The notes beneath the pieces are model-generated. The model was not told the DNA's origin. It searched no databases and saw nothing but the letters and a program-made list of their open reading frames with translations. The position numbers and the translations under genes were made by a program. 64,000 bases of DNA from Schmidtea nova (lineage: Eukaryota): positions 86,924,001 through 86,988,000 of the forward strand of contig CM097883.1 in NCBI GenBank assembly GCA_044892505.1. Reading direction: 5' to 3'. Position 1 is the stretch's first letter, and every line of letters starts with the position of its first letter. Positions 62,522 through 64,000 of the stretch are shown here, in pieces.

Positions 62522-62946
62522 CAGGGCCGACTGTGGTTTTTGCGGGGCCTTGGGGAAATATTATGTGCGGAGCCCCTTCCCAAAAAAAAAAAAAAATGAT
62601 ACATGAACATAATTTTATCAATTCATTTAATGAAATATTTATTTCTTCAATATATACAATAATATACATACATAAACATAATATTTTTTATTCCTATTTC
62701 GTATACGGGTATACGAGTATACGAGTATAATACACACCCTTATTTTAGCTGACTAAAATGTGAAAAAAGGGCGTACTATAGTCAAGATATTACAATTCAT
62801 CGATGTTAAAATGTAGGGAAAGACCTGCGTTAATATCCTACTTGTAAAAAACGTTGCATTCGGTGTCAAAAATTTGCTTAGCCTCTAATAATTGATAGAA
62901 TATGAAAGCGCGGAGCCTCGGTAAAAATCCCTGAAGTCCCGACCTG
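62522..62946. mobile_element. hAT-type MITE
   Basis: Perfect 8 bp TSD CTTATATT (62514-21, 62947-54); ends CAGGGCCGAC / TCCCGACCTG. Confidence 0.8.
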
Positions 62947-63606
62947 CTTATATTGTCAATAATTATTTTCGTGCATGTTTTGAGTTTGATTTAATTTAAT
63001 TTAATTAATTAATTTTTAATACAAAACAAACACCAATCCAAAATTATATTCTACGCAATATATTTCAAGAACATCATTTTCATCTTCAAGTTCTTTTCTG
63101 TCAAACATTCCAATATAAATCAAAAAAGTGTAATTTTAAACAAATAAATCATAACTTTTAAAAAAATATAGTATGAAAATTTTTACTATATTTTTTTAAA
63201 AGTTATGATTAAATTGTTTAAATATTTATTTGATTAATATTAGAATGTTTGACTGAAAAGCACCTGAAACTGAGAATTATGTTCTTGAAATGTATTGTGT
63301 GTAAAGTACATTTGGATTGACTTTTGATTTGTATTATTTCAGTGCCATGTTTGTTTTGTTATGTATTAAAGAATAATATTTAATAATTTATTGTTATCCT
63401 CGCAGATCCAATTTAGGATTTTAGTCTTATCAGTATTAAATAAAAAGTAGAAATGGCTAGGTGTTGTATTAATATTAATTGTAAATTGTTCTTTACTTGC
63501 AAATTTTTTTTTAATTTTATCAATTTGTAAAAAGTTATATTTGATAATTAACTATTTTATTCTTCTAAACTTCTTAAATTCCTGAATGAATATATTTTAT
63601 TTTTAG

Positions 63607-63973
63607 AACCGATCTTACTAGTGAATACTCTACAAAGTTTTGTGCATATGAATTCAAAAAGAAATTACTTCCGTCAAAAATTTTCATATCAGCAGCAAGT
63701 TCCCCCAAAAGAAAACATCAGTCTTTCCCAAAATCTACTCCGTATGTCATGTCACAGAATTCCTCTCAGTCAATATTTCAAAAACGAAAATCAACCGATC
63801 AAAGTTTTGACAATGAAAAATTTTCTCACGTTAGTGAAAATGTGAGTGCTTTTCAAAAGTTTTCCCCATGCAGTCAATCAGAACCAGAAAAATATTTAGA
63901 GAAACTAGTAATCATTTGTAATTTTTTTGTCAAGGCATTATTTATCATTAACGTCTCTTATTTTTACCATTGA
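63607..63973 (+). CDS. bHLH-PAS gene exon 7 (putative): Ser/Lys-rich region after PAS
   Basis: ttttag acceptor at 63605-06; the frame required by the phase-2 donor at 57202 is open for about 120 codons (TDLTSEYSTKFCAYEF...MSQNSSQS...). It ends at stop 63973 or splices at GTAATC 63908. No homology support; phase and openness only. Confidence 0.6.
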
Positions 63974-64000
63974 TCTTTTCAGAAATTCTCATTTTTTTGA

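Overview
AT-rich draft animal genomic DNA with about ten N-gaps; it is not prokaryotic, and I see no rRNA, tRNA or CRISPR. One host gene spans most of the window on the + strand: a very divergent class I bHLH-PAS gene of the HIF-alpha/SIM/trachealess type. Seven exons (about 15550 to 63973) join by hand with consistent intron phases, separated by 50-61 bp introns and 4-21 kb TE-filled introns. The main structure lies in intron 4: an 11.6 kb concatemer of one 2.7 kb Penelope-like element (PLE; RT + GIY-YIG). Three head-to-tail units on the minus strand are joined head-to-head to about 1.3 units on the plus strand, and one 12 bp target-site duplication (TTATGACAATAA) brackets the whole block. 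A minimal hammerhead-ribozyme motif sits at each unit boundary, and the central inversion falls within 6 nt of the predicted cleavage site. Also present: a Polinton/Maverick capsid relic, an older second PLE family with hammerhead-like motifs, Ty3/Gypsy, mariner and hAT relics, hAT and piggyBac MITEs with TSDs, a foldback minisatellite, and a high-copy long-palindrome family. All family calls come from motif recognition by eye; no searches or folding programs were run.
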